Shown here piece by piece: positions 28,284-37,516 of a DNA stretch of 64,000 nt. Source of the stretch: Phenylobacterium sp. (lineage in GTDB: Bacteria; Pseudomonadota; Alphaproteobacteria; Caulobacterales; Caulobacteraceae); assembly GCF_004799395.1 (NCBI RefSeq), contig NZ_SSMZ01000080.1:5705-69704 (forward strand). The letters are read 5' to 3'. Within the stretch, counting starts at the first letter, position 1. Every line of letters begins with the position of its first letter. A program made the position numbers and the translations under genes. The notes beneath the pieces are model-generated. The model saw only the letters and a program-made list of their open reading frames with translations. It ran no database searches and was not told where the DNA came from.

Positions 28284-28817
28284 ATGCGCAAGCTGCTGTT
28301 CCTCACCCTGGCCGTCACGGCCGTTCCGGCGCTCGCCTGGGCCGCGGCAGGCGATCCGGCCCTGACGGTCCTGCCTCCCGACCAGCGCCTCACCGGCCTG
28401 CTCGTCGTCAGCCATGCGAAACCCCTCGTGCTTGTAGCGATGATCGTGCTGCTCGCCGCCGTCATCGCTGCGGCGGCGCTGTGGGTCGCGCAGGCTACGC
28501 GCCCAGCTCACCGGCCCGAATCGGCCCTGGGCTGGCTTTCGGCGATCGCCGCCGGCGCGCCGATGCTGGGCCTGTCCGCCGCCGCCTATGGCCTGATGGA
28601 CGGCTGTATCGGCATCGCCAATCTGCGCCCGGTCCCGTCGCTCAGCATCCTGGCGCCCGGCCTGGCGGAGGCGTTCTTCTGCATCATGCTGGGTTGCCTC
28701 GCCTCAGCGATCGCCAGCGTCGGCGACCGCCACCTGAAGGCGCGCTTGCACGTCCTGGACGCCGCCGCGCCCGCCGACCGCGCGGCGGCGGCTCCGCTGT
28801 CCCGCACGATGGCCTGA
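28284..28817 (+). CDS. membrane protein, distantly MotA/TolQ/ExbB-like
   Basis: 177 aa, GGAG 9 nt upstream. LSAIAAGAPMLGLSAAAYGLMDG and GLAEAFFCIMLGCLASAIAS resemble the two conserved ExbB/TolQ helices. The assignment is tentative. Confidence 0.45.
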   Translation: MRKLLFLTLAVTAVPALAWAAAGDPALTVLPPDQRLTGLLVVSHAKPLVLVAMIVLLAAVIAAAALWVAQATRPAHRPESALGWLSAIAAGAPMLGLSAAAYGLMDGCIGIANLRPVPSLSILAPGLAEAFFCIMLGCLASAIASVGDRHLKARLHVLDAAAPADRAAAAPLSRTMA

Positions 28818-28872
28818 CGCAGCCGAACGCGCCGTCCGTCGTTAGGGTCTGGAGCGATCCCTCCAGACCCAG

Positions 28873-29382
28873 ATGGCCTCCATGCCCCAGACCCTCGAAG
28901 GCTCTTGCCGCTGCGGCGCAGTGCGCTTCACCGTCGAAAGCCACACGCCGCAGCCCTACCAGCGCTGCTACTGCTCGATATGCCGCAAGACCGCCGGCGG
29001 CGGCGGCTATGCGATCAACCTGGGCGCCGACGCAACGACGCTGGCCATAGAAGACCCCGACAAGGCCATCCGGGTGTTCCGCGCCGAAATCCGCGACGAT
29101 GAGTCAGGCCGCTGCGAGGTCTCGACTGGAGAACGAAACTTCTGCTCGCAGTGCGCCACGGCGCTCTGGCTGTTCTCGCCGGAATGGGCAGACCTGGTGC
29201 ATCCCTTCGCCTCGGCGATCGACTCCGAGCTGCCGGTCCCGCCATCGAAGGTGCACCTGATGCTGCAGTACAAGCCCGGCTGGGTCGCGGTGAACCAAGG
29301 GCCAGGCGATGCCTGTTTCGACCTCTATCCCAAGGAGTCGATCGAGGACTGGCACAAGAGCCGCGGCCTTTGGGTCGACTAG
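28873..29382 (+). CDS. GFA (glutathione-dependent formaldehyde-activating / CENP-V) family protein
   Basis: Cys clusters CRCGAVRF, CYCSICRK and FCSQCATALW. Confidence 0.85.
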   Translation: MASMPQTLEGSCRCGAVRFTVESHTPQPYQRCYCSICRKTAGGGGYAINLGADATTLAIEDPDKAIRVFRAEIRDDESGRCEVSTGERNFCSQCATALWLFSPEWADLVHPFASAIDSELPVPPSKVHLMLQYKPGWVAVNQGPGDACFDLYPKESIEDWHKSRGLWVD

Positions 29383-29602
29383 GCGGAGCGACCTAGCAGA
29401 CCGCCTCCGCAATCGCCGGCTTTGGTTTCGACGAGGTGGAAGGATGCTGATTCACTTCGGCGATGAGCAAGACCTTCCGTCCCTGGCCGGTTGACGGGCG
29501 GAAACCGCTGGAGGGTTTACCTTCGCGTCAGGTTAGGGCGCCTGCCGGTCCGAAAGACGGGAGGCGCCGTCCTTGCTGGCCTCCGGGCGATGTCTTTCTG
29601 CC

Positions 29603-30829
29603 CTAGGGCGCCACCTTCTTGGCCGTGAACAGGGCCTCGATCTCGTCGGGGCGGGCGTTGTTGAAGTCGAGGCGGACGCGGCCATCTTCGGTGCGCCTGA
29701 CGGTCACCGGGGCCGACGAATTGGTCAGCATCCAGCCCTTGGGCAGGACCACCGCGTTCTCGGCGCGGCCGAACGTGCGGTCGAAGAACAGCTCGTCGCC
29801 CACCAGCTTGTAGCGGCCTGGATCGGTGTAGGTCTCGCTCATCCGCAGGCGGATCGACTGGCCGGCCTTCAGCGGCTTGAAGTTGAACACCACGATCTCG
29901 CTCTCAGGCGTCACCTTGCCGATCTCCGGGTCGTCGATGCCGGCCTTGGTGATCTCGGCGCCCTTGAGGTGGACGGCGGGAATGGCTTCGCCGGTGTCGA
30001 GGTTCTTGGCCGACGGATTGGACGCGACCGACCCGGGGCGGACCACGTTGATGTAGCGGCTGACGCCGGCTTTTTCCTCGGTGTAGTCGTGGTAGAGGTC
30101 GAAGGCGTGGGTTTCCGGCGGTTGCAGGAAGTAGACGACGTCGCGCGTCTGCTTGGCGCGCTCGCCGAATTTGCCCTTCACGCTAGTGGGCGTGGCCGAG
30201 ATCTGACCGGGTGAGGCGCGCAGCTTCAGCGGCGCCTCGCCGGGGGTGATGTTGTAGAAGCTGATGCGCAGGCGCCCGTCAGCCTCCTGGGTCACTTGGG
30301 ACGGATAGTTGCAGCTGACCAGCACATAGCCCTTGGGCAGGACGACGGCGTTCTTCTTGATTCCCAGGCCGCGGTCGAAGACCAGGTCGGCGCCGTCGAC
30401 GTAGTAGCTCTTGGCGTCTTCATAGGTCTTTTCGATCAGGATGCGCGCCTCGCCGCCATCCGGCGGCACTGGGTGGGCCAGCTCCACGCGGATATAGTCC
30501 GACTTGGGATCGGCCTCCGGCAGACCCGTCGTCTTGGCGGACTCGCCCGAGACCTGGGCGAACTTCAGCGGCTGGCCGGTGGCCATGTCGGTGACGCTCT
30601 CGTCAGTGGCGATGGAGCCCTTGCGGATCGGGTTGAAGAAGGCCGTGACCCCCGGACGCACGGCGGTGATGTCGTAGATGATCCGGAACTTGCCCGACCC
30701 CGGCGCCAGCAACTCGTAGCGGGTGTAGCCGTTGGCCTCCTGCGGGTTAGGCCGTTGCGGTGGCTGCGCCTGCGCGCTCCAGCCGGTCGCCAACGCCGCC
30801 GCCATGATCAGCGCGCCCAAAGTCCGCAT
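29603..30829 (-). CDS. exported protein of unknown function built from two tandem homologous domains
   Basis: Signal MRTLGALIMAAALATGWSAQA. The halves align, e.g. DLVFDRGLGIKKNAVVLPKGYVLVSCNYPSQVTQEADGRLRISFYN versus ELFFDRTFGRAENAVVLPKGWMLTNSSAPVTVRRTEDGRVRLDFNN. Confidence 0.7.
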   Translation of the reverse strand: MRTLGALIMAAALATGWSAQAQPPQRPNPQEANGYTRYELLAPGSGKFRIIYDITAVRPGVTAFFNPIRKGSIATDESVTDMATGQPLKFAQVSGESAKTTGLPEADPKSDYIRVELAHPVPPDGGEARILIEKTYEDAKSYYVDGADLVFDRGLGIKKNAVVLPKGYVLVSCNYPSQVTQEADGRLRISFYNITPGEAPLKLRASPGQISATPTSVKGKFGERAKQTRDVVYFLQPPETHAFDLYHDYTEEKAGVSRYINVVRPGSVASNPSAKNLDTGEAIPAVHLKGAEITKAGIDDPEIGKVTPESEIVVFNFKPLKAGQSIRLRMSETYTDPGRYKLVGDELFFDRTFGRAENAVVLPKGWMLTNSSAPVTVRRTEDGRVRLDFNNARPDEIEALFTAKKVAP

Positions 30830-30899
30830 GCCCCACTCCCCTCAAAACTGAAGCGGCGACTATGGCGGTCCGCTCAGCGCTGTCATCCTGGAAATCGCG

Positions 30900-31268
30900 C
30901 TAGCGAACGAGAAGTCGCTTCGGTGCGGCCAGGCGCCAGCTGGAGAGCAGCCGCGCCTCCACATGGGCCCAGTCGAGGGCCGGGTCGGCGAGGCAGAGGC
31001 CGATCCAGCCCGAGGGGCCGAGATAGGGCAGCCAGGAATAGAGATCCGGATCGGCCTCGATCAGCAGGTCCTGCTCGTCGCGGCCAGTCGTCTTCAAACA
31101 GGCCGCGGTCAGGCCGTCCCCATGATGGTTATGCCAGAAGTAGCAGAACATCTTGCCGGCCACGTCGAAGGCCGGAGAGCCGTGGCTGACCCGCTCGCCG
31201 GTCTCCGGAAGGGCCAGGCAGGCGCTCCGCAGGCGTCCGAGAACCGCGTCGGGATCGGCCGCCAGCAC
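30900..31268 (-). CDS. MmcQ/YjbR-family protein
   Basis: 122 aa with LPETGERVSHGSPAFDVAGKMFCYF...GWIGLCL. GTG start 4 nt after the SDR stop. Confidence 0.75.
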   Translation of the reverse strand: MLAADPDAVLGRLRSACLALPETGERVSHGSPAFDVAGKMFCYFWHNHHGDGLTAACLKTTGRDEQDLLIEADPDLYSWLPYLGPSGWIGLCLADPALDWAHVEARLLSSWRLAAPKRLLVR

Positions 31269-31272
31269 GGGA

Positions 31273-32298
31273 CTACACGGCTCCGGTCGCGATCAGGCTG
31301 TTGGCGCAGTCGAGGATGGTTTCCTCGAGCGGCCTGGGCTGCCAGCCGAGGACGCGCTGGGCCTTGGCGGACGAGTAGTCGTGCTTGTGCCCAAGGCTGG
31401 GCGTCACCGAGCCGAGGTCCTTGTCGAACAGTCCTGCCAGACGGATCACGAAGTCCGGGACCTTGCGGGTCGGCACCTTGTCGGCCTTGTCGCCCAGGCG
31501 TTCGCGTAGCAAGGCCGCCAGGTCGCCCATCCAGGCGAAATTGGCCGCGGCGATGAAGCGCTCGCCGGCCGCCCTTTCGTCCGTCATGGCGCGGATGTGT
31601 AGGTCGGCCACGTCACGCACGTCGACCACGTTGAAGCCCAGGCGCGGCAGACCCGGCACCCGGCCGGACAGCAGGCGCTCGACGACCTGGACGGACTCCG
31701 AGAAGTCGCCGCTGGTCACCGGACCCAGCACCAGCGCCGGATTCACCGTCGCGAGCGTGGTGTCGCCCTGGGTCGTGTGCAGCAGCTCCCAGGCCGCCCG
31801 CTCGGCCAGGGTCTTGGACTGGGCGTAGGCGCTGAGCCGGGGCGTCGAAGGGTCGGTCCAGACCGTCTCGTCGGCGGTCCAGTCGGCGCCGCCGACGCCT
31901 TTGCTGGTCGCCGCGACCGAGGAGGTCATCACCACGCGCTTGACCTTGGCCTTGATCGCCGCGGCGATCGCTCGCTTGGCGCCCTCGCGAGCTGGCACGA
32001 TCAGCTCGTTGGGATCTTTCGGGTCGGCGACGCCCAGCGGCGAGGCGACGTGCAGGACATAGTCGCAACCCTCGGTGGCGGCATCCCAGCCGTCGTCCGC
32101 GGTCAGGTTGGCGGCGTAGAAGCTGAGGCGATTGCCCGGATCGATGATCTTGGCCAGCGAGGCGCGCACGGCCGACTCCTTGGACAGGTCCCGAACCGTG
32201 GCGCGCACCACATAGCCGCGCTGTAGCAGGCTCGCGACGCACCACCCGCCGATATAGCCGGACCCGCCAGTCACCAGCACCGTCTCGCCGCCGCTCAT
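31273..32298 (-). CDS. NAD(P)-dependent SDR-family epimerase/aldehyde reductase
   Basis: Start at 32298 (MSGGETVLVTGGSGYIGGW; alternative ATG at 32310). YAQSK catalytic motif. The track ORF is over-extended to 32841. Confidence 0.88.
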   Translation of the reverse strand: MSGGETVLVTGGSGYIGGWCVASLLQRGYVVRATVRDLSKESAVRASLAKIIDPGNRLSFYAANLTADDGWDAATEGCDYVLHVASPLGVADPKDPNELIVPAREGAKRAIAAAIKAKVKRVVMTSSVAATSKGVGGADWTADETVWTDPSTPRLSAYAQSKTLAERAAWELLHTTQGDTTLATVNPALVLGPVTSGDFSESVQVVERLLSGRVPGLPRLGFNVVDVRDVADLHIRAMTDERAAGERFIAAANFAWMGDLAALLRERLGDKADKVPTRKVPDFVIRLAGLFDKDLGSVTPSLGHKHDYSSAKAQRVLGWQPRPLEETILDCANSLIATGAV

Positions 32299-32451
32299 CT
32301 GCCGCCCCATGTTTACACTGCTCAGATGACTCCATAGCAGTTTTGGCGACCGGTGGAATTGAAAGCTTGCTACGAGGGCTTGCAACTTCGTGCATCCCGC
32401 CGCGCTGCGCTGCAACTCCTCGTGGAGCCGGCGGCGCCCGACATTGGGGGC

Positions 32452-32796
32452 ATGGAAGTACAGCATAGCCTTTCGGAGCCGGCCCTGGACCTGCAGGCCG
32501 CCAACGACCCCCCGACGCGTCGCCTGCGGCCGGCTCCGATCACCCCGCCGCTCACCCGTTATATCCAGGAACGCCTGGGCCGGGCCATCCGCCTGCGCCG
32601 CCGGATGATGGACCTCACCCTGCAGGATCTGGCCACCGCCTGCGGCGTCACCTTCCAGCAGGTGCACAAGTACGAAAGCGGCCTGTGCAGCGTCTCGGCC
32701 GCCCAGCTCTGGGGGATCGCCCAGGCGCTTGAGGTGCCGGTCTCCTACTTCTACGAGACGCTCGCCACCCCCGAACCCTGGCGCGCCGAGGCCTGA
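32452..32796 (+). CDS. XRE-family helix-turn-helix transcriptional regulator
   Basis: ATG at 32452. LTLQDLATACGVTFQQVHKYESG...LWGIAQALEVPVSYFYE. Confidence 0.8.
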   Translation: MEVQHSLSEPALDLQAANDPPTRRLRPAPITPPLTRYIQERLGRAIRLRRRMMDLTLQDLATACGVTFQQVHKYESGLCSVSAAQLWGIAQALEVPVSYFYETLATPEPWRAEA

Positions 32797-32891
32797 CCGC
32801 CAGGAATCGCCCGCCGCCAGGCGGTCCCCACAACGGCCCATGACGCGCTAGACTGCCCCTGGACGCAACCGCCTTCAGGGGAACAGAGCGC

Positions 32892-33203
32892 ATGATCCGC
32901 AACCTGGCGCAGCTCGCCTATCGCCTCGACGAGTGGCTGCAGACCAAGCTCGGGCGGCCCTACAACGCCCTGCTGGGCGTGGGCCTGGTGCTGGGATTGA
33001 TCCACCAGTTCCAGGACCTGCCCAAGGACTTCGCGCGGGGCGGCGGCGTCAGCACGCTTCTGATCGCGGCGATGGACGTGGCCCTGCTGGTCAACCAGGC
33101 GGGCCAGTTCCACCAGCACCTGGAGCGCCGTCGCACCATGCCGAAGCGGCTGAAGCGCCGGGCAGGCAAGGACGTCGCCAAGGCCGAGGGCGACAAGGCC
33201 TAG
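32892..33203 (+). CDS. hypothetical small protein
   Basis: 103 aa with two hydrophobic segments and a basic tail. No motif recognised. Confidence 0.4.
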   Translation: MIRNLAQLAYRLDEWLQTKLGRPYNALLGVGLVLGLIHQFQDLPKDFARGGGVSTLLIAAMDVALLVNQAGQFHQHLERRRTMPKRLKRRAGKDVAKAEGDKA

Positions 33204-33232
33204 GCCCTGTCGCCGCTTCGTGGGCGGCCTCC

Positions 33233-34957
33233 CTACTTCCGCAGGTTGTCGGTCTTGGTGATGAAGGCCGCCACGTCGTCGTGCATCGCTTTCAGCGAGG
33301 CCTCCTTGGCGTAAACCATGTGGCCGCTCTCATAGTAGTGGTAGCTGATGTTGGGCTGCAGGCTGTCGGGCATCGGCAGGTGGTGCATCTCGTACCAGCC
33401 CTCGTAGAACGGCGTGGCCAGGTCGTAGTAGCCGCCTAGCAGCATCACCTTCAAGCCCGGGTTCTGCTTCATCGCGTTGGCCAGGTCCGGCATGACGTTG
33501 AGCATGGCGCGGGGCGCGCCGAACCCGCGGCCCGGCGGCACGTGGTTGTTGTCCCAGAAGCGGAAGACATTGACCGATGGCTTGAAGATCTTGCCCTCGC
33601 CATAGCCCAGCGTCTTGCGGGCGTAGTCGTTGAAGGCGCTGACGTAGGCCGAGGACAGGGCCGAGGACTGCGGGTCGTAGCTGGACTCCTTGGAGAGCGG
33701 ATCGAGGTCGGGGCCGGAGAAGCGGGTGTCCAGGCGACCGGTGGTCATCCCTTGATCGACCTGCAGCTCCTTCTCGAACTCACCGCCGGTGATCCTGAGG
33801 TCGGCCCGCAGCACATAGGCCGCCGGCAGGCCGGTGTAGTGGGCGTAGCGCTCGGCGATGGCGCGCTTCTTGGCGGGGTCGAGTTCGGAGCCCTTCTGCA
33901 AGGCCAGCGCATAGTCGCCGGTGGCGAAATCCTCGACCTCCTTCATGTAGGCTTCGATGGTCGCCGGCGCGCCGGGGACCAGCTTCCGCGCCCAGGCCGA
34001 AGCGGCATAGGTCGGCAGGGCGGTGATGTAGGCCTGGTCGCTGCCGGGGTTGTTCTCCGCGCCGTCGACGCTGAGCGCGAAGTTGAGGATCTGCGACAGC
34101 AGCATCACGCCATTGAAGTCGACGCTTTCGCCGGTCTCGAGGTTGTTGATCAGAACCGCCGAGCGAGGCGTGCCGTAGCTCTCGCCGAACAGGTACTTCG
34201 GGCTGTTCCAGCGGCCGTATTGGGACAGGAAGGCTAGGATGAACTGGGTGAAGGCCGCGCCGTCTTCATCGACGCCCCAGAAGGCCTTTTCCTTGTCGCG
34301 GCCGGCGATGCGGCTGAAGCCGGCGCCCGGCGCGTCGATGAACACCATGTCGGTGACGTCCATCATCGAATAGGAATTGTTGATCACCGAATAGGGCGCG
34401 GCCGGCGTATGCTGGCCGTTGTCGACCGTGACGATCCGCTTCGGGCCCCAGGCGCCCATGTGCAGCCACATGGTCGAGGAGCCGGGACCGCCGTTGTAGA
34501 TGAAGGTGATCGGCCGGTCGGCGGCGGGCGCGCCCTTCTTGAAATAGGCAGTGTAGAACATCGAGGCCTCGGCCTCGGGGTTGCCGCCGGCGCCCAGGTT
34601 CGCGCCCGGAGCCGCCGCAGCCTCGCGGCGCGCCGCGTCATCCCAGCCACGCGGGTGGACGACGATGGTGCCGGCCACGGCGTGATAGGGGATGGTCTGC
34701 CCCTCGACGGTGACCACGCCCTCGCTGTCGGCGCGTTCGGGTTTGAACAGCACGCCGGCGTTGGGCTCGGCGGTGGCGCGGGCGTCGGGCTTCTTGCCTT
34801 CCGTGTTCTGTTGCGCCTCGTTGGCCGCCGCCATGGGCCGCCGCCCCGTGGCGGTCGCGTCCGGCGACGTGGCCCGCTCGGAAGCCGGGGGCTGGGCGAA
34901 GGCCAGACCCGCGATCAACGACAGGCCGGCGCCGGCCAACAAGACTTTCCTCAGCAC
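33233..34957 (-). CDS. S10-family serine carboxypeptidase, secreted
   Basis: GTG at 34957 preceded by GGGGGA, giving VLRKVLLAGAGLSLIAGLAFA. GGPGSSTMWLHMG and the nucleophile motif LFGESYGT. Confidence 0.85.
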   Translation of the reverse strand: MLRKVLLAGAGLSLIAGLAFAQPPASERATSPDATATGRRPMAAANEAQQNTEGKKPDARATAEPNAGVLFKPERADSEGVVTVEGQTIPYHAVAGTIVVHPRGWDDAARREAAAAPGANLGAGGNPEAEASMFYTAYFKKGAPAADRPITFIYNGGPGSSTMWLHMGAWGPKRIVTVDNGQHTPAAPYSVINNSYSMMDVTDMVFIDAPGAGFSRIAGRDKEKAFWGVDEDGAAFTQFILAFLSQYGRWNSPKYLFGESYGTPRSAVLINNLETGESVDFNGVMLLSQILNFALSVDGAENNPGSDQAYITALPTYAASAWARKLVPGAPATIEAYMKEVEDFATGDYALALQKGSELDPAKKRAIAERYAHYTGLPAAYVLRADLRITGGEFEKELQVDQGMTTGRLDTRFSGPDLDPLSKESSYDPQSSALSSAYVSAFNDYARKTLGYGEGKIFKPSVNVFRFWDNNHVPPGRGFGAPRAMLNVMPDLANAMKQNPGLKVMLLGGYYDLATPFYEGWYEMHHLPMPDSLQPNISYHYYESGHMVYAKEASLKAMHDDVAAFITKTDNLRK

Positions 34958-35169
34958 AATGGAATCCCCCAAAAATTTAAGCGCGCAAGCTAGGCCGCAG
35001 GGGCAGGCTTTGACAACCGAAGGTACGTGGCGCCGATGAAACATGGCGCTCGCGCCTGAACCGCGGACAACCGTCCGTCCCCGGCCCATTCAGCTTGGCC
35101 CGCCTAAATTGATCCTCGATCCGACGCCGTTCCGTCCCGGGACGCCGCCGCACTCAGGAGACCGAGATC

Positions 35170-35472
35170 ATGTCGATGAAAGCGATGCTTCTGGCGGCCG
35201 CGACCGCCGCCAGCCTGGCGATCCCCGCCGCCGCCATGGCCCAGGACTACCACCACGCCGACGGCCGCTACGAGGCGCGGCGCGGACGCGACGACCGCGA
35301 TGACCGCAACTATCGCGGCTATGGCTACGCGCCGGAATATGGCTACGGCTACGACGACAGCTATCCGGCCTACGGCTATGACGCCTATCGCTACGCCGCC
35401 CCGGTCTTCCGCGACCGCGATGACCGCCGCTGGTACCATGACCGCCGCGACCGCGATCACGGCCGCCGCTAG
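35170..35472 (+). CDS. small secreted Tyr/Asp/Arg-rich protein
   Basis: AGGAG 9 nt upstream. Signal MSMKAMLLAAATAASLAIPAAAMA, then low complexity ...YRGYGYAPEYGYGYDDSYPAYGYDAYRY...RDRDDRRWYHDRRDRDHGRR. Confidence 0.6.
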   Translation: MSMKAMLLAAATAASLAIPAAAMAQDYHHADGRYEARRGRDDRDDRNYRGYGYAPEYGYGYDDSYPAYGYDAYRYAAPVFRDRDDRRWYHDRRDRDHGRR

Positions 35473-35634
35473 GCTCTGAGCCCGCCCTGCCGCCAGCCCT
35501 ACGGGGGCGGGGCGCGGTGATCTAAGCCGAGGCATGCGCGAGGCCCTCACGCTCAGCTCGCGAGGTCTACCCCCCTTCGGCATCCGGCCTTTCACGACCG
35601 CGCCGAGCGTGACGGAGCCGTAGGGCTAGCGGCG

Positions 35635-36159
35635 TCATTCCTCAGCGAACAGGGGATCCGACACCTCGCGGGCCTTCTTCTTCCGGGGCCGCTCGCGCAT
35701 CACGCCGGGATAGCCCTTGAGAGGCGCCAGCGGCTCGCCGGCCCAGGTCCAGTCGGCCTGTTCGGCGAAGTTCGTGTGGTAGCGCGGCTCGCGTCCAGTG
35801 CGCTCGGCGAAGACCGCGCGCGGGATGTTGACCATCTCGGGCGAGCGGGCGCGCTCATAGAGCATGGGCGTGCCGCAGCGGGCGCAGAAGCTACGCGCTG
35901 TCCCCGCCTCGGCGTCCTCGAAGCGGGTCAGGTTCTCCTCGCCCGCCAGCAGCCGGAAGCGGCTCTTCCAGCTGCCGACATAGGTGGCGTAGGCGCAGCC
36001 CTGGGCGTGGCGGCTGCGCTGCGAATGGTCGTGCCAGGCCCAGACGGCGGGGACGTCGATCTCGATCCGAACCCCGCCGCAGACGCAGGCGCCGCTCGCC
36101 TGGACGGCGGGTCTGGCCTTCACCTTGAGCGCTTCGCCGCCTCGTCCAGAAATGGTCAC
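35635..36159 (-). CDS. GFA family protein (second copy)
   Basis: GTG at 36159 preceded by GAGGTGA. CVCGGVRIEI and FCARCGTPM. Confidence 0.8.
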   Translation of the reverse strand: MTISGRGGEALKVKARPAVQASGACVCGGVRIEIDVPAVWAWHDHSQRSRHAQGCAYATYVGSWKSRFRLLAGEENLTRFEDAEAGTARSFCARCGTPMLYERARSPEMVNIPRAVFAERTGREPRYHTNFAEQADWTWAGEPLAPLKGYPGVMRERPRKKKAREVSDPLFAEE

Positions 36160-36284
36160 CTAATCACCTCAATTATATCACGTTTCGGGGATGGCGGCCG
36201 ATCGGCGGGCGCCTATGTCTAGGCCTGCCCGCTACACTCGGGCCAGTTCGACCGTTGGCCATAGTGACCCTCGGCCTCTGGAAA

Positions 36285-36719
36285 ATGGAGGTCATTTTGA
36301 AACCGATCCTGAAACCCCTTCTTGGCGCTCTAGCAGGCGCCTCCCTGCTCGCGGCGCCGTTCGCCGCGGACGCGCAGGCCCACGGCGGCCATGGCGGCGG
36401 CGGCTTCCATGGCGGCGGCCACAGCGCGAGTGGCTTCCATGGCGGCGGCTTCCGCGGCGGCGGATATCGTGGTGGCGGCTACTATCGCGGCGGCTATCCG
36501 TTCGTCGGCGGGCTGGGTCTTGGCCTCGCGTTCGGCTCACTGGCTGCGCCTTGGTACTATGACGGCTACTATGGCCCCGATCCGTCCTACTCGGGCTACG
36601 CGCCCGACTATGGCTACGACTATGCGCCGCCGCCCCCGGTCGCAGCCGGACCGCCCGCGGCCTGCGGGAACTGGTCGTGGAACGCTGGCCGCAACCAGTA
36701 CGACTGGGTTCCCTGCTAG
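36285..36719 (+). CDS. small secreted Gly/Tyr-rich protein with Cys-bracketed W-rich C-terminus
   Basis: Signal ...LLGALAGASLLAAPFAADA, GGHGGGGFHGGG repeats, GYAPDYGYDY, and C-terminal CGNWSWNAGRNQYDWVPC. The start may be the TTG at 36297, 6 nt after GGAGG. Confidence 0.6.
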   Translation: MEVILKPILKPLLGALAGASLLAAPFAADAQAHGGHGGGGFHGGGHSASGFHGGGFRGGGYRGGGYYRGGYPFVGGLGLGLAFGSLAAPWYYDGYYGPDPSYSGYAPDYGYDYAPPPPVAAGPPAACGNWSWNAGRNQYDWVPC

Positions 36720-36841
36720 GGCCAGCTGACCTCAGGCGCCGCGTGTCGGCGGATCGCGCCTCGCCCGTCCCCGGCGGTGCGTCCCCGGCGCCCCAGGCCG
36801 CCCGGCCTTGACCGCGGGGGCCGGGCCGCCGAGGAAGCGGC

Positions 36842-37516
36842 ATGATCCCCGTCACCCCGCAAGGCCGCCGCGACTTCATCGCCGCCAACACGCGCCTGCA
36901 GCGTCCGCCCCACGTGGCCGAGATCGAACTGCATCTGGCCGACGAGATCACCCCCATATGGAAACTGACCGAAGAGGCCCTGGAGGAGATCGGCCTGCCA
37001 CCGCCCTTCTGGGCCTTCGCCTGGGCGGGCGGTCAGGCGCTGGCGCGCTACCTCATCGACAACCCCGAGGTCGTCGCCGGCAAGCGGGCAATCGACTTCG
37101 CCGCGGGCTCGGGCATAGTCGGCATCGCGGCGATGAAGGCCGGCGCGAGGGACGTGCTCTGCGCCGACATCGACCTCTATTGCGAGGCGGCCGTGGCGCT
37201 GAACGGCGCCGCCAATGGCGTGACCTGCGCCTTCACAGCCGCCGACCTGCTGGACGCTCCGGCGCCCGCCTGGGCCGATCTGATTCTCGCCGGCGACATC
37301 TGCTACGAGAAGCCGCTGGCTGAGCGCGTGCTGGCCTGGCTGGCCGCCGCGCGGGCCGCAGGCGCCATGGTGCTGATCGGCGACCCGGGACGCAGCTATT
37401 TCCCGCGCACGGGACTGATCAAGCTCGCGGAATATCAGGTGCCGACAACGCAGGAGCTGGAGGACATGGCGGTCAAGCGCACCGCCGTGTGGGCCATGCC
37501 GGAAGGCGCCGCGTGA
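36842..37516 (+). CDS. class I SAM methyltransferase, ETF-beta lysine methyltransferase (METTL20)-like
   Basis: PPFWAFAWAGGQALARYLIDNPEVVAGKRAIDFAAGSGIVGIAAMKAGA...ADID closely parallels the METTL20 core as I recall it. Confidence 0.75.
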   Translation: MIPVTPQGRRDFIAANTRLQRPPHVAEIELHLADEITPIWKLTEEALEEIGLPPPFWAFAWAGGQALARYLIDNPEVVAGKRAIDFAAGSGIVGIAAMKAGARDVLCADIDLYCEAAVALNGAANGVTCAFTAADLLDAPAPAWADLILAGDICYEKPLAERVLAWLAAARAAGAMVLIGDPGRSYFPRTGLIKLAEYQVPTTQELEDMAVKRTAVWAMPEGAA

